DNA of 64,000 nt from Daphnia carinata (Eukaryota), in the NCBI RefSeq assembly GCF_022539665.2, contig NC_081333.1, forward strand, positions 12,028,001 to 12,092,000. The letters are read 5' to 3'. The translations under genes and the position numbers were made by a program. Of this stretch, positions 1-12,671 are shown piece after piece (the stretch's first letter is position 1; the number at the start of each line of letters is the position of its first letter). Below the pieces are notes generated by a model, which did not search any database, was not told the DNA's origin, and worked only from the letters and a program-made list of their open reading frames with translations.

Positions 1-3000
1 AAAGAGCTGGATGAGATCCTGTACGTTAGTCTGATTGGACAGGGTAGGGTGAAATCATAGAAGAATTTTTAAATCCGTAAAGTTGTGTCTATACCCGAAT
101 TAGATGAACATACGATTCGATTTGCTTAAACCTTTTTTTTTTGGGGGGGGGGAATAAAGGAAGACCATTTGGAAATGGTTTGACTCTGATTGAGAGGTCA
201 AACTTTAAAAAATGCCAAAGAATCAACTGTAAAATCGTTTCCTTTTTTCTTTCTTCCATATTGAAAGTCAAACGATTTCGATTGTGCCATCTAAATTGCT
301 CGGCGTAAAGGAGAACCCCCAACAATCTTTATTGGAAGCCTCTTTTCTCATGTGATCCGATATCTATTATCTATGCTCGTTTAAGGGGGGGGGGACAAGT
401 AGAAGAAGAAGAAGAAAAAATAAATAAATAAATAAAATTGGGGTTCTAGCAGCAGCCAATGCCAACAACGCGCTAGATTGATAAATGACTCTAGAGGGCA
501 TTGTAAAGTCCCCCCCCCCCCCTGTCTATATCTTTCGCTCTTCTTCCATGCACTTTTTTGTATAGACCTCAGGTTGTATACAACAATCCTATCTGATTGG
601 CAGCCACCAGAAAAGACTTTGTTCTTCTCTTTTCGGTCGTGTGCCCCATGTTGCCCTTTAGAGTCGGAAAAAAAAAAAAAAATCTATATAGGTACTACAC
701 ATCGATGCGTTTCATCTTTTAATGTGTACACGCATGTGTGTGCTACTCACACACACACAAAGAAAAAAAAAATAGCCCTATAGCAATAGATCAATGGGCT
801 GACAAGTTTTTATATTTTTTTACAAGGAAAAAAGGTGCGAAACAAAAAGTGGCAGTGGCTTTCGCTGCGTGAAATTCAGGTTATCGTGTCCAGGGGGTCT
901 TGTCTACTCTATATGCATACACCTAGAATATATATAGATGAAAATGTCCAGCATCTGTTTTTTTTTTTTTTTTTTTTTTCAAAATGCTCATCGTACTATC
1001 TGCTCTGCTGATCGCCCCCCCCCCCCATTGGATTCTGTTTCCTTATTCGAAAAATGGTAGACATTTCACACCATTTGTCAGAGTCCTCCGTCTTCATTGA
1101 AAAGACACCGTCGTTTGGGAACACACGAGTCCTCCGCATTCCTCGGCTTGTTCCAGCAGTTTACTGCCGTGCATCTCTGGGATGCATCGATATATTCACT
1201 GGACATTATTTTAAACATTTTTTTTTTTTTGGTTGAAAGTTTGGATTCTCGATGTGGGCATTTGTGGGTTCCCTATTTTGACCGAAGTCTTTGGTAAAGG
1301 TCGCAAAGGAGGCCCTGATGTGTTCCTCCTGCGGCGAACACAATGTCCACGATCTTCCATTTCTTTCCAATTCATTAATAACAATTAGTTTGTTATACGA
1401 AATGTTCTTTTTTTTTCGTTTAACATTCCCAAATGAAAGGGCACTCAAAATTTTCAATTACGCGATTAAACTTTAAGAGAAGAAAAGAAACTCGTAAAAA
1501 GTTTAGCGCTTAAAAGAAGCAGCTGGACAGCGTTCAGGTAGCAATTGAACTTCCCCATCAACATCAACTCCCCTTTAAATCCAGAAAAGGGAATTCAATT
1601 TTTTTTTTTTGTTTTTTTTTTTTCTTCCCTATTCACAGCTTTCCATGGCATCCGTAAACTCCATTGATCAGAAGAGGATTTCAAGCTTCAATCAGTGGGC
1701 ATATATAAACAAAAGCAGCTAAGCCTCTTCTTTCCGATAATGTCGTCTTCCTTCACAGCCCTAGCCGAGAAATATGTCTTGTGGACTGATCCGGATTTGA
1801 GCTGCTGGACAATCCAATCTTATATACGTCTCCCGACTCTGTAAGTCTACCACAGCAATCATCGCATCCGTTTGCAGCATAATCCTTCACTCGACAATGT
1901 CCTGCAAGTTTCTCTCAACAATGTCGAATTCACGCCACATTTCTTTTTTGTTTTTTTTTTTTTTTTTTGCCTGCTCCAACAGAATGATATCTCGCGCTTA
2001 CTGGATGCAACCGGACTTTTTGAGAGACGTATCTTGTATTCCATTTGGCTCGGCCTCTCGGTGCTCCTTTTCTTGGCGCTGATGTCAAGTGCGTTCTGCA
2101 ATCGCTTTGCCGTTGCCATGGCTCTTTTCGAAGGCTTGACCGTTCAAGTGCTAATACGCTTCCCCCCCCCCCCTCGCTATTGTTTCCTTGGCTCGGGACT
2201 TTGCGTGTGTGGCCATAACGGTTTACAGCAGAGAGGCAGCGCACGAGAGAGAAAAGAAGATATCAGTTCAACGGCACACACTCGACCGCAAAACCTCGCA
2301 TCGCGGGGAAATACATAAAAGATACGGCACCCAGCCAAGTGGCACATTGCCGCCCTCCCCTCTCTACAATTTTTGCCTTTTCCTGTATTCAATGACGGCC
2401 AATTTTTTGAACGAAATTCAATCAAATTCAATTTGTACGTCAGCGCAGACAAGATTCAATTGGTCTTCCTTCTTACAACGTGTCTGACCAATGTAAAAAA
2501 GAAAACTGTTAGATCAGAGCGATATCATCGCAGAGACATTGGATGTATTTATTCTGATCGAGAAAAAAAAAAAAAAAAAGAAGAAATCTTTGATAGTGTC
2601 TGCGTGAACGACCGTGGCACATCGATCGACTGACTGGACTATAAGCCTTGGTACGATGCGCATAACAAGGGGCCATCAGCTATTCATGCCTTTCGTTCTT
2701 CGGCTGCTGATTCATTACCGAACGTCCCTTCCGATTGTTAAGAAAGACACTAGCCTTTTTCTTACCTTGTCGACCCCCCCCCTCTCTCTCTCTCTCTCTG
2801 CTCTTTGAAGAGACACGCACTATAAATTTAGTGCCGTTACATTGACGCCAGCATCGAAGGGCGACTGCTTTTTACGGAACGATGGGGGGAGTAGGATCAT
2901 TGACGATGGAGAGCCGAGTAGGAATTTTTATAGAAAAAAAAAGAGGCAGCAGCAGCCCAAACGTGTCGACCATCACACCATCGTTTTGGATGGGGCTGTT

Positions 3001-5456
3001 TGGGATCGATCGATCGGCGTTAACTGGAGTCTCGTACACACCTCCGGCCGTTCGTCTTCTTCTCGCCGTGCGTCACTGATATGTAAGGCTCGTTTCCTCG
3101 AGTTATGTACGTGGGCGTAATCTATTCCAATCTTCAGCACAAGTCGTTCCCAAATGAAACTTTGCTTTTTAAGATTTAAAAAAAAAAAAAAAATTCAAAA
3201 TCTTCAGAGAAGCGGATGCGGTTTTTTCGGACTCCAAAAAAAAAAAAAAAAGAACAGGCCGGATATGATTGAGGATCAGTTAAACGGGAAGTCGTTGATG
3301 TTCAAATAAACGACACCACTATATCCTTTTGTGGTTTGTTTTCCCTCTTCAGCTATCTATCTTTTTTTTTTTAAGACTTGAGTTTGAGTTGATATTATAT
3401 GGCAACTTTTGAACGTCTGTGAATGATTAGCCAAACGGACGAATGGTGGAGGGGTACTACAGTTGAGGGTACCCACTTATTAGCTGGGTGTGTGTCATTT
3501 TATGACAGCGGAAACGCGAGACTTATCGCGTTATCGCGCGTTAAGTTGGCATTTGTCAACTGGACAACGGCAATGAACTCTTCACATAAGTCTTAAGTTA
3601 ATAATACACTCGACAGTCTCTTCTATTTTCACTTTTTAAGGCTTCAGTTTTTATGTTTGAAAAAATTGTTTTGACTTTCCTTCGATCGGCTTCTATTTAT
3701 CTAACTTTATTATAACGATGGTATGGGGGGGGGGGGTGTATTGTGTTATTCGTTTAACGCCTGGCCGCTGGCTATGGGCAAGCCTTGTATCACGCCTCGG
3801 CTGATTGACTGTCGGCGGAACTGGCCAATTGGATTTTTTTTCCCCCCCTAACAGATCGAAAACGGAGACAAGAGGTACACAGGCGAGCAATAGAAATTCC
3901 AAATCGAAAATTACAATTTTTATTTTTAAAAAATGACTTTGCCTTTCTTTCTGTATTTGATGCGGCGAAAAAAAAAAAAAAAAAGAAAAAAAAAAAAAAG
4001 CAAGCTTGTCAGGCCTGATTAAAGTCGATTGTTTTTCTTGTTGTCTTTGGCTCTGGTTTCGTCTGTCTATAGAGACAGCTGACCGATTTGGGTGTTTCGC
4101 CTATCCGCCCTGTACTGTCTCGACCACCACTTGAGACGGGCCGACTTTATTTTTGGGCGGATGCGCTAGCAAACGATGGAGGCTCACAACTGTACTCAGG
4201 GAGACTATAACAACAACAAGCAATCATCCGTTCAAAAACAAAATCTTTTTTTTTTTTTTTTTTTCTTTTGACCGAGAAAATAAATTTACAAAAAAAAAAA
4301 AAAAAAAAAACAAGAAAACACAAATACCAGAGAACGAAAAAAAACAAAAACGGGATCAGATAACACGGACACGCAGAAATTTCTATCGTAAAAATTGAGG
4401 CTCCATTTATTTCCAACAACGGAAAGAAAATAAAAAAAACAAAAAAACAAATGACTGCGTATGTGTATGCCTTGACAAAAATTGGCTTCGGTTGCGCGTT
4501 GTGCCGCAGCATAAACACGCAGATAAATACCTGACCGAGATTTCCAACGTTAAATGTGTCGATATTTTCTTTTTTTTTTTTTACATTTGCAGGAAGTTCT
4601 CCTTGTTTTTTTCTTTCAATGTTTTTTTTTTTTATCGCTGACACGTGATCAGACACCTCTCTCTTCTCTTTCACTAATATTCTCCACCCTTGTCCAGCTG
4701 TCAAAAATTCTTTGGAAATTCTCAAACTTGGTCCTGTCTATTTGTTCATAAATTTACTGGAAAAATAAATGGAGAACAAAAAAAGACCTTCGTTCGTTAT
4801 CCATTTCATATTGAACACGGGGATTTAACAAAAAAAAAAAAAAAAAACGTAGATTCAAACTAAATAAAAAATGAGGGAAATTGAAGGGGCCGAGTACACA
4901 GACTCGTAAGAGCCACAAGCAAACCACTTCGGTGCATGGAAAAAACGTAGGGACTTGATATAGAACCATTTTTAAAAGCTTTAGATACACACAGATAATG
5001 CCAGATATGAACTAACTAACCATAAGGTTAAAGAGACGACGATTCCACTGACCGCTTGTCTATTAACCTTCAGAAAACTCCCCCTTCTAAAAAAAAAACT
5101 TAAATGACAGGAACACAAAGTTCCAATCTCCAGACACGGATCAGTTTATAATAACCGGTGTTTCAATCAAGCGTAACATTTCCTCCTGCTGTAGAGTTAA
5201 TTCTTAATGACTTTGAATTTGTTTCATTTTTCGTGTGGGTCTTTTAGCGGCAGAACAAAACGAAAGTGAGACGATAAAAGGCTTTAAAAAAGAATGTGGG
5301 CTTATGTCGTTCTTCCTCTCATTTTTTAAATTTTCATCGTATATTCTATCGTTTCGTTAATGACCCTCTCTATTTTTTTCCGCGTTGTGCGTCGTATATA
5401 TACGCGGAATTTCCGATTCGCCGCGCCGCATACGATGAGAGAGACTAATCACTGTT

Positions 5457-5494
<38 letters not shown>

Positions 5495-8400
5495 GAAATT
5501 CCAGCATTCCTACATTTTTATCTTGTTCGTCTTTTGTTCAACATTATTATTTTTTTTTTTTATATTTCAACTTTATTTTTTTATTATTTTTTTAGTCTTC
5601 TTGTATCCCAGAAAATCGACAGGGATAATATCATTCACGGCCCAGTCACGCTCTTTCGGTTCAAAGAGTCAGGTGAAGGGAATAGTTAAAAAAAAAAGGA
5701 CGTCTACAACAGAAGAAAACTTTTCTTTCCCTTCCACACACACACAAGAAAAAATCAAGTGAAAAAAAAAAATGCTTACATCACGGAGCCTTTTTTTTTT
5801 TTTTTTTTTTTATACCCGAGCCGCCAAGACGAAAGTTCCGCACTCATCCGGGCCTCCCCTTTTTTCTTTTTTCTTAGGGAGTCCTGCACGCGCAAGTGTC
5901 GGATTGCTTTCATACACCATGCTGTTTCCAACTTTTCTATTTTCCTTCTTCTTCTTCTTCTTTCAATCGACTCTGAACACAGTTGCCGGAAGCTTTTTGG
6001 ATTTTTGTTGGGCCCGATGGATCTAGCTGTAGAGCTGTCCCTTTTTCTTTTTTTTCGTGACTTAATATATTAACACCATAAAAACATTAACGCCTGTCGT
6101 GTAACACTACTCGAATTCTCTTTTTTTTTCCGAACGACGATATACATTTTGAGTTTTCCTCGATGCTGTTACACTCGCCCTTCGTTCGCCTTTCATCCAC
6201 CGTCCTTATGTTTCCGCCTTTTTTTTTTTTTCTCTCGTTCCATTCGCTGCTTTAGCAGCTGCATTTTCTTTTACTTTGAATCCCTTGAACTTTTTTCTCT
6301 TTTCGCTGTCAACGCCATGAGACAAAGATGTCAACTGATATTCCGCGCAAAAAAAAAAAAAAAAAAAAAAAAAAACTTAATGTCCAAAGAAAGTAAAAAG
6401 AGAGAGAAACGGGTGGGCAGACATCCGCTCGTGCATCGCCCCCCCAACTTCAAACGTAAAGAAAGAAAAAATCTGAATGACTGATGCATCTAGGCTTCCG
6501 TGAGAGGCATCTTTAAACATCGTACAAGCCGCTACGATGTATAAGGAAAGAAAAAAAAAAAAAAATACCTAACCAAATCGCATCCATCTTTTCGAAAAGA
6601 GCTGAAGATTTTTATTTTTTTTTCCAACTTGTGTTGACATGTCCAGCAGTAGCCTCAATGGTCGAGACAAACAGACACGCAAACAAAACACACACACAAA
6701 CTCGGCCTTTCGTTATTTTTTGTTGGTAGGCCTACAATCTCCGGTTACATTCCTCCTCTTGAATTGAGTAGAGGAGAGAAAAAAAAAAAAAGGGGAACCT
6801 TACTATTTGCCGTGTCGTTTCACGTTAAATGCGTACTGTGTGTGTGTGCGCGGCGAACGTGTAACCCGAGTCCTTGCCTTTCTGAGCCCACCGTATTTTG
6901 AACACACTCTTCAGCCTGTGTAGCAGAGACATCAAATCTGGAACCATTTCAAGAAGGTTCTTTTTTTTTTTTTTTTCTTTTCGTCTTGTGTCACTTTGCT
7001 AGTTTTCTTTTTTAAATTTCCATTTGGTCTTCGTATGTTGATGATTTTTCAACTGAATACACACAATCCACTTATCGTGACGTGGATTTGTGGATGAGAG
7101 AGAAAGCCAAACGAGGCGTCTATCCCTTTTTCTTTTTCGTAGGGATAGAGGGGGGGAGAGAGAGATTGAAATAGACAAAAAGCGGCCGAGTCATGGTGCA
7201 TTGGTTGCACAGCACGAAATTTCGACTTGAGTGAATCTAAGCGCACGAGCGCCGCACCCGATATTATTTACAATCCACACACACACACACACAAAACCGA
7301 AAAAAGAAATAAAAATCGAACAAAAGGGGAAATGAAAACACAAGGGGAGTTTGGAGGGCAGAAAAGCTAATCGCTTGATCGACATTTCCATACCTGATAT
7401 TGAAAGCCATACGCTCCAGCCAACGTACTATCTACTATGTACGTTGATATGCAAAGGATATAGCCCACTTGGCTATTATTTATCACGAAAATGATAAACA
7501 TCTTTGCTCGGTTCACTTTCCAAGTCGTATATTTTTATAAAATACTGCCGCTTGTTTTACCTCTTTGGCTATATCCGGCACTGTCGTTCTCCAAAGCTTA
7601 TTATCCCGCCTTATTTTTAAAACGTCAAATAAAATTCCAGAAGACAAGGCGAGCGATACTTAAAAAACAACAAACGCCGCGTGACTCTCTCACGACTTTT
7701 TGGCACGTCTTTGCGTCATCACTCGTCTGTGTTCCTCATTCGTCTTTTCCCTTTTTTTTTTTTTTTTTTTCTGGGTTGGGTTATTATTTATTACGGCTAG
7801 TTAAAAGCACTAACATAGTTATATATATATACAGTATCTATTTAAAAAGCCGTGAATATAGCGTTACAAGATCGTATAAAGTCAGCACCGGTTATTGCGT
7901 GGTCCCATTTTCAAAAACCGACCAACGAAGTGAAATAAAAATAAAAAAGGAATGAATCAATGTGTGGAACCATCCATTTTTTATTTGAGGAGCTTCCTAT
8001 ATTTGTAAATCTATTTTAATTTAATTTTTTTTTTTTTTTTGACTCTCCCAAATTAAAAACCACAATGGCACGCACATTGCCTTAAATCACGCAATTCCAA
8101 AGCGAGGGGGATACATCAATTCGAAAAAGAAAAAAAAAAAAGATACCCATTGTTCCCGAAAGGAAATAAACACAACAAACGAATTGACAGACAGGATTAC
8201 GCATGTGAAACACGAGTGACGATGATTGTGTGCGTACATTTCTCGTACGATTCTTTTTATCGTGTTCCTTCTGGCATACGATGACGATAAGATGCAAGAA
8301 TGCGCTCGATTGGCCATCGCCTCCACACGTGGAGAGACAGACACATGTACAAGAGAAAAAAAAGGAAAGGAAAAATGGCCCGCGTGGCCGCGCCCTTGAC

Positions 8401-11159
8401 GTTTGTGTACATACACACGCTTCAGCTCGATTACCATAAATACCCCGTGCTGTGAAATGACCGACAAGGGCTCCCGCGGCTCCCTCCCGATGCTTTTGCT
8501 GCCGGTTATTTCCATTCAAGTGTGTTTTTTTTCTTCTTATCTTTTCTTGTTGTTGCTTATTCCTCTATATCTGCCTTTCTTTCTTCTTCTTGAAAATCTA
8601 GAAATATAACGGAATGAAATCGTAGGAATTCAAGAAAAAAATCCTTCGCGTGAACGACGTGAGGTACAAGAGCAGCCGGCTCAGGCTCATCCAAAACATT
8701 TTCATCGGCCTATAAAGCTTTAAGGGGATCGCTTTTGCTCCGGTGCTGTACCGTAGCGACTCTTTTTTTTTCTTCTTTCTTTCCGATGTTACAAAAAAAA
8801 AAAAAAAAAACTATAAAAAGAAAACAGGGAACCATCGTAGAAGACGCACACAGCTTCAATGAATTTCAAATCGAGGAAAAGAGACGAACGATATACATTA
8901 AACATGAGCTCCGAAACGCTATAGACGGACAAGAGGAGCACAAAAAGAAAAAAAACAAAAAAACAAAGTGGCTGTAGCAAAGAGGAACACGGTGATACGA
9001 AGCAGAGATTTTGTGTGTTATTTTCTTCGAGTCACTCGTTAGTTCGTTGAATAATGCACAACCACCAACTCTTCCAAGTTTTTTTTTTTTCGTTCATCTT
9101 TCTTTTTCTTTTTGACAGCCTTTTTCCCTACCGTTTCTTATGATGATGTCGATGCTCAGATCAATTCGAGTACCATTTTCTATCAATAAAAGAAGACCTT
9201 TCTTTTGTCCCTGGCGCGCATACCTGGCATTCGTTTGTAGCCCTTCGGAAAGTCGGTGATTTTTCTTCAATATAGCGGGGCTAAAAATTGGCTATAAAAA
9301 TCACTGAGCTGGACATGAATCGTTCCTCGCATTCCCATCTGCTTGGCTATTCATAGCCAGGTAATGCGAAATATTGTGAATCAAATCACAAGGCATTTTT
9401 TTTTTTTGGAGGGGAAAGTGTGCTACGTGTGTCGCAGTTTTATTGTCCGTTGCCTATGGATACCAGCATGAAATTTCGAGTTCACCGGGTTATTGCGTAC
9501 CTTCTGCGCCATCCGCTATGAAAAGACATTTTTTTTTTCTTCTTTCTTTTGAGTCCGGGGTATTTTTTTTCTTTTGATTATTTTTAACAACCGTATGCGT
9601 TTACAAAGGGGTCGAAGAGAAAGCAAGTTCATCACACAGGACAACAGAGATTTTAGGGCCCAAAAAATGCGAGAGGACCACCACTACTAAAAATAAAGAA
9701 AAGAGAAACAAGTTGAGAGAGGACCCCGACCACTGGAACCCCCCATCGTTCAAACATTATTGTGTGTCGCCCATATAAAATTCTGGACGCTGAACTTAAA
9801 GGTGTTCAGTTGTCCAACACTATAAGGATGTATTCTCTCTGAGGCTTGCCAACACCAAAGACGGGAGGGGGGGGGGGGAATGGTGTTCTTTTATTTTCCT
9901 ATTTCTCTCTTCGTCTTCCTCCCGAGCGGCCCCCACTTTACCTCCCGGGGCTTTATTATTGACTGATTACTCTGTTATACACAAAATATAGCCAGTGGCG
10001 GGGGGGCGTTTTCTTTTTTTTTTTTTTTTTTTTTTTAACCCCCCCTAAAAAAGAAAAACATTTTTTTCTTTCCTACGTCCCCCATTCTCATGCGCAATTG
10101 CGGCTCTTCGGACCTACTACACTGCAGCAATTTCAAGAGCTCTAGCAAGAAGAGAGGGGGGTCATTTTAAAACCTGAAGGGCGCCCTGGAACAATGTAAA
10201 GGCCATAGGCCAAAGTTAGAAAAAAAGAAAAAGGGAATGATGGCAATAAGTCCATGTTCTATGGAAGCTACCAGCAGACAAGAGAACTTGACATTTATGA
10301 GCATTCTTCAGCAGGCCGCCGTCTTCCCTTTTTTCTTTCCCTTCGTTTATAACACGTAACGTCCGCGTGTGTGTGTGTACGCACATACGCTAGAAGAGAC
10401 GTGTTTTCCTGTCGACAGTCATAATGAAAAAAAAAAAGAACAACAACAAAAAACCGACACTTGAATAAGACGACCGGGACCCCTAGAAAAAGCCAGCGCC
10501 CCGTGAATTGAATGATTCGAAGGTAGCAACGGTAATATAACGGTCCAAGCTCACGGTCTTTTCACCCCTTGCACCTACTGTATTCTATCCGTTTTTTCGT
10601 TTAGTTTTTTATTTAGTTTTTCATGAATATAAATAGAAAATGCTAATAATTTTTTTTTGTTACTAGTTTTCGGTAAGGTTTCGTTACTAGATCTGAGTAT
10701 TATCCAAAATTTACCTAAATTATCGGCCCTAGGTTACTTTGATGTCAATCTTCATTTAATACCACAGGTATTCACGAATTTTAAGTTTTAAATAAATGTA
10801 AAGAGATATTTTTTTACATTTTTTTTTAGTTAATTGGTACCACGTTGACGTACCTTTTCATCCTCTACCAGTTCCATTCGTCGGAGAAAAGTGAATAAAG
10901 AAAAAAAAAATTACTGTGTTTGAAAATATCAGATTTCTTGGTATCCATTATTTTCAATCCCTTATACCTGTAAGAAAAGTAATATGCAAAAATAAATAAA
11001 ACTGTAAACCAAAATTGTTTTTTTCTGGGGTATGGTCTCGTGCTTATAACGGGTAGGCGACGGCACGTAAGCCGACGGGTAGGGATAGCGCGTGCTCTGC
11101 AAAATAATATTAACTAAATACCTTTCTTTAAAAAAAAAAAAAAAAATTTAAATAGCACA

Positions 11160-11228
11160 ATAACAAAGATTCGATCCCGTGAAATCAGCATGGCAGCTGT
11201 AAACTGTTCCACAGCGCCATACTGCAGT
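11160..11228 (-). pseudogene. Degenerate tRNA-like (Gly-GCC-like) Pol III unit
   Basis: Minus strand reads A-box-like TGGCGCTGTGG, then an arm CAGC-TGCCAT-GCTG, then B-box-like GGATCGAATCT at tRNA spacing. A long T run follows (A run at ~11130-11146 on +). The acceptor and D stems do not pair well. Confidence 0.45.
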
Positions 11229-11294
11229 CAACCACTACATACATAAGCTGTCTATTTGAACGCGTGACCCCCACAGCAAAATTTGGTTGAGATG

Positions 11295-11368
11295 TGCGGT
11301 CCTGGCACAGTGGTTACCACCTTCGCTTCGCATTCTGAAGGCCCCGGGTTCAAGTCCCGACACCGCCA
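11295..11368 (+). pseudogene. tRNA-derived sequence (Ala/Val-like), SINE-type head
   Basis: A box TGGCACAGTGG, B box GGTTCAAGTCC, T-arm CGGG-TTCAAGT-CCCG, partial acceptor stem GCGGT/ACCGC and anticodon-like TTCGCAT. The D stem is broken, so this is not a functional tRNA. Confidence 0.7.
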
Positions 11369-11429
11369 ATTTCCCTCCCTCCCTTTCCCGCCAATTCATC
11401 ATTCAAGATACGCAAGATTCTACGCCTTC

Positions 11430-11570
11430 AAGAAAGAAAAACAAGAAGAGAGAAAAGAAGAAGAAAGAAAAACAAGAAGAGAGAAAAGAAGAAGAGAGAA
11501 AACAAGAAGAAAGAAAAAAAGAAGAGAGAAAATAAGAAGATGGAAAACAAGAAGAAAGAAAAAAGAAGAG
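11430..11570 (+). repeat. Purine-rich degenerate tandem repeat (AAAACAAGAAGAGAG / AAAAGAAGAAG units)
   Basis: Seen directly. It accounts for the spurious K/E/R-rich ORFs at 11283-11585 and 11287-11535. Confidence 0.85.
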
Positions 11571-11604
11571 CCATGCCTACTATAAAGGGGCTAAATGGCG
11601 CACC

Positions 11605-11689
11605 AAAAAAAGCCTGGCCAGGCTAAAAATGGCAAAAAAAAGCCTTGCCAGGCTAAAAATGGCAAAAAAAGCCTTGCCAGGCTAAAAAT
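11605..11689. repeat. Three ~29-30 bp tandem copies containing a palindrome
   Basis: A(n)GCCT(G/T)GCCAGGCTAAAAAT(GGC) x3. The first copy contains the perfect palindrome AGCCTGGCCAGGCT (11611-11624). Confidence 0.9.
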
Positions 11690-12627
11690 CGATCTGTAGT
11701 ACTGTTCACTACACGTTAAAGATCGACCCACAAACTGAAGGGTGGAGAAGAGGGGAACATTGAACGTAGGCTGTTCGTTAGCCTCCCCACGGCCTGAAAG
11801 ACGGCTCGTGGATGCAGGCAGCTTATGATCGGGATATGTGACCCAATTCGATACCCGTAAGTTTTTGTTGTGTTTTACTGTGTTTTACATAAAATACAGT
11901 GATTTCATAAAATGAGTGTGAACCTTTTTTCCTTTTTGCGTGTAGAAATAAAAAAGAACGAAGATGGACGCGATAAGACCAACTGGAGAAATACGAAAAA
12001 AAAAAAGAGGGCGACGTGAGCGTAACACCTGTAATTTGCACCCGGAACTGGAACAAGTCACCCCCCCCCTCTAGCCTCAAAAAACAATTGGGGAGAAAAA
12101 CAAGTAAAAGAAAAAGAAAAACCATGTAAAAATAACGTACAATGAAGACCAAACGTGACTTTAGCTGTGCGACGTGCGTTCCAGCAACAGCCAAGTTGGC
12201 CAGTTCGGCCCTTAACGCGCACACACTTCCCTATCCGTATGTTGATTTTTTTTTCTGTCCCTCTCTCACTCTCGTTTCCCTTCAAAAAGTTGTTTATCAA
12301 CTCGGACCTTTAAAAAAGAAATATTTAATGCACCTGCTGAAGAACCGTGACGATGTTTGTTGGGGTTCGACACTTTAATGTACTGCCACATACAGCGACT
12401 GCTGAAAAGAAAGAAACGTGACGGGTGGTCAATGCTGGGATGGTACTCGACTCACGATGTTCGATATTATAGTCGCAACAGTTATGATGTCGTGAATACG
12501 AGAGGCCGTTATTTGTCGATGGAGAAACTTTACCGGGAATGAATTGCGGGATTATCTGAAAAAAATCCACGCACGTTTTCCCTCTTCTATCCCGCAAAAG
12601 CAAAAAATTTTTATTACGTTCACAACC

Positions 12628-12628
<1 letters not shown>

Positions 12629-12671
<43 letters not shown>
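12629..12671. repeat. Poly-C/poly-G tract (~43 nt)
   Basis: Uninterrupted C run on +. Confidence 0.95.

Noticed and set aside
1759..1840. In-frame TGA near a Cys (CLVD*) suggesting a selenoprotein exon
   Set aside because: It is not a CxxU motif, no selenoprotein family is recognisable and I identified no SECIS.
4147..4725. 192-aa ORF and the many similar F/K-rich ORFs in 1-17 kb and 47-64 kb
   Set aside because: They arise from poly-A/T runs that lack stop codons, with no domain motifs or exon chains.
11283..11585. 100-aa K/E/R-rich ORF
   Set aside because: It is a translation of the tRNA-like head plus the purine repeat, with no protein features.
11605..11689. Palindromic ~30-bp repeats resembling a CRISPR array
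   Set aside because: There are no unique spacers and no cas genes, and the context is eukaryotic.
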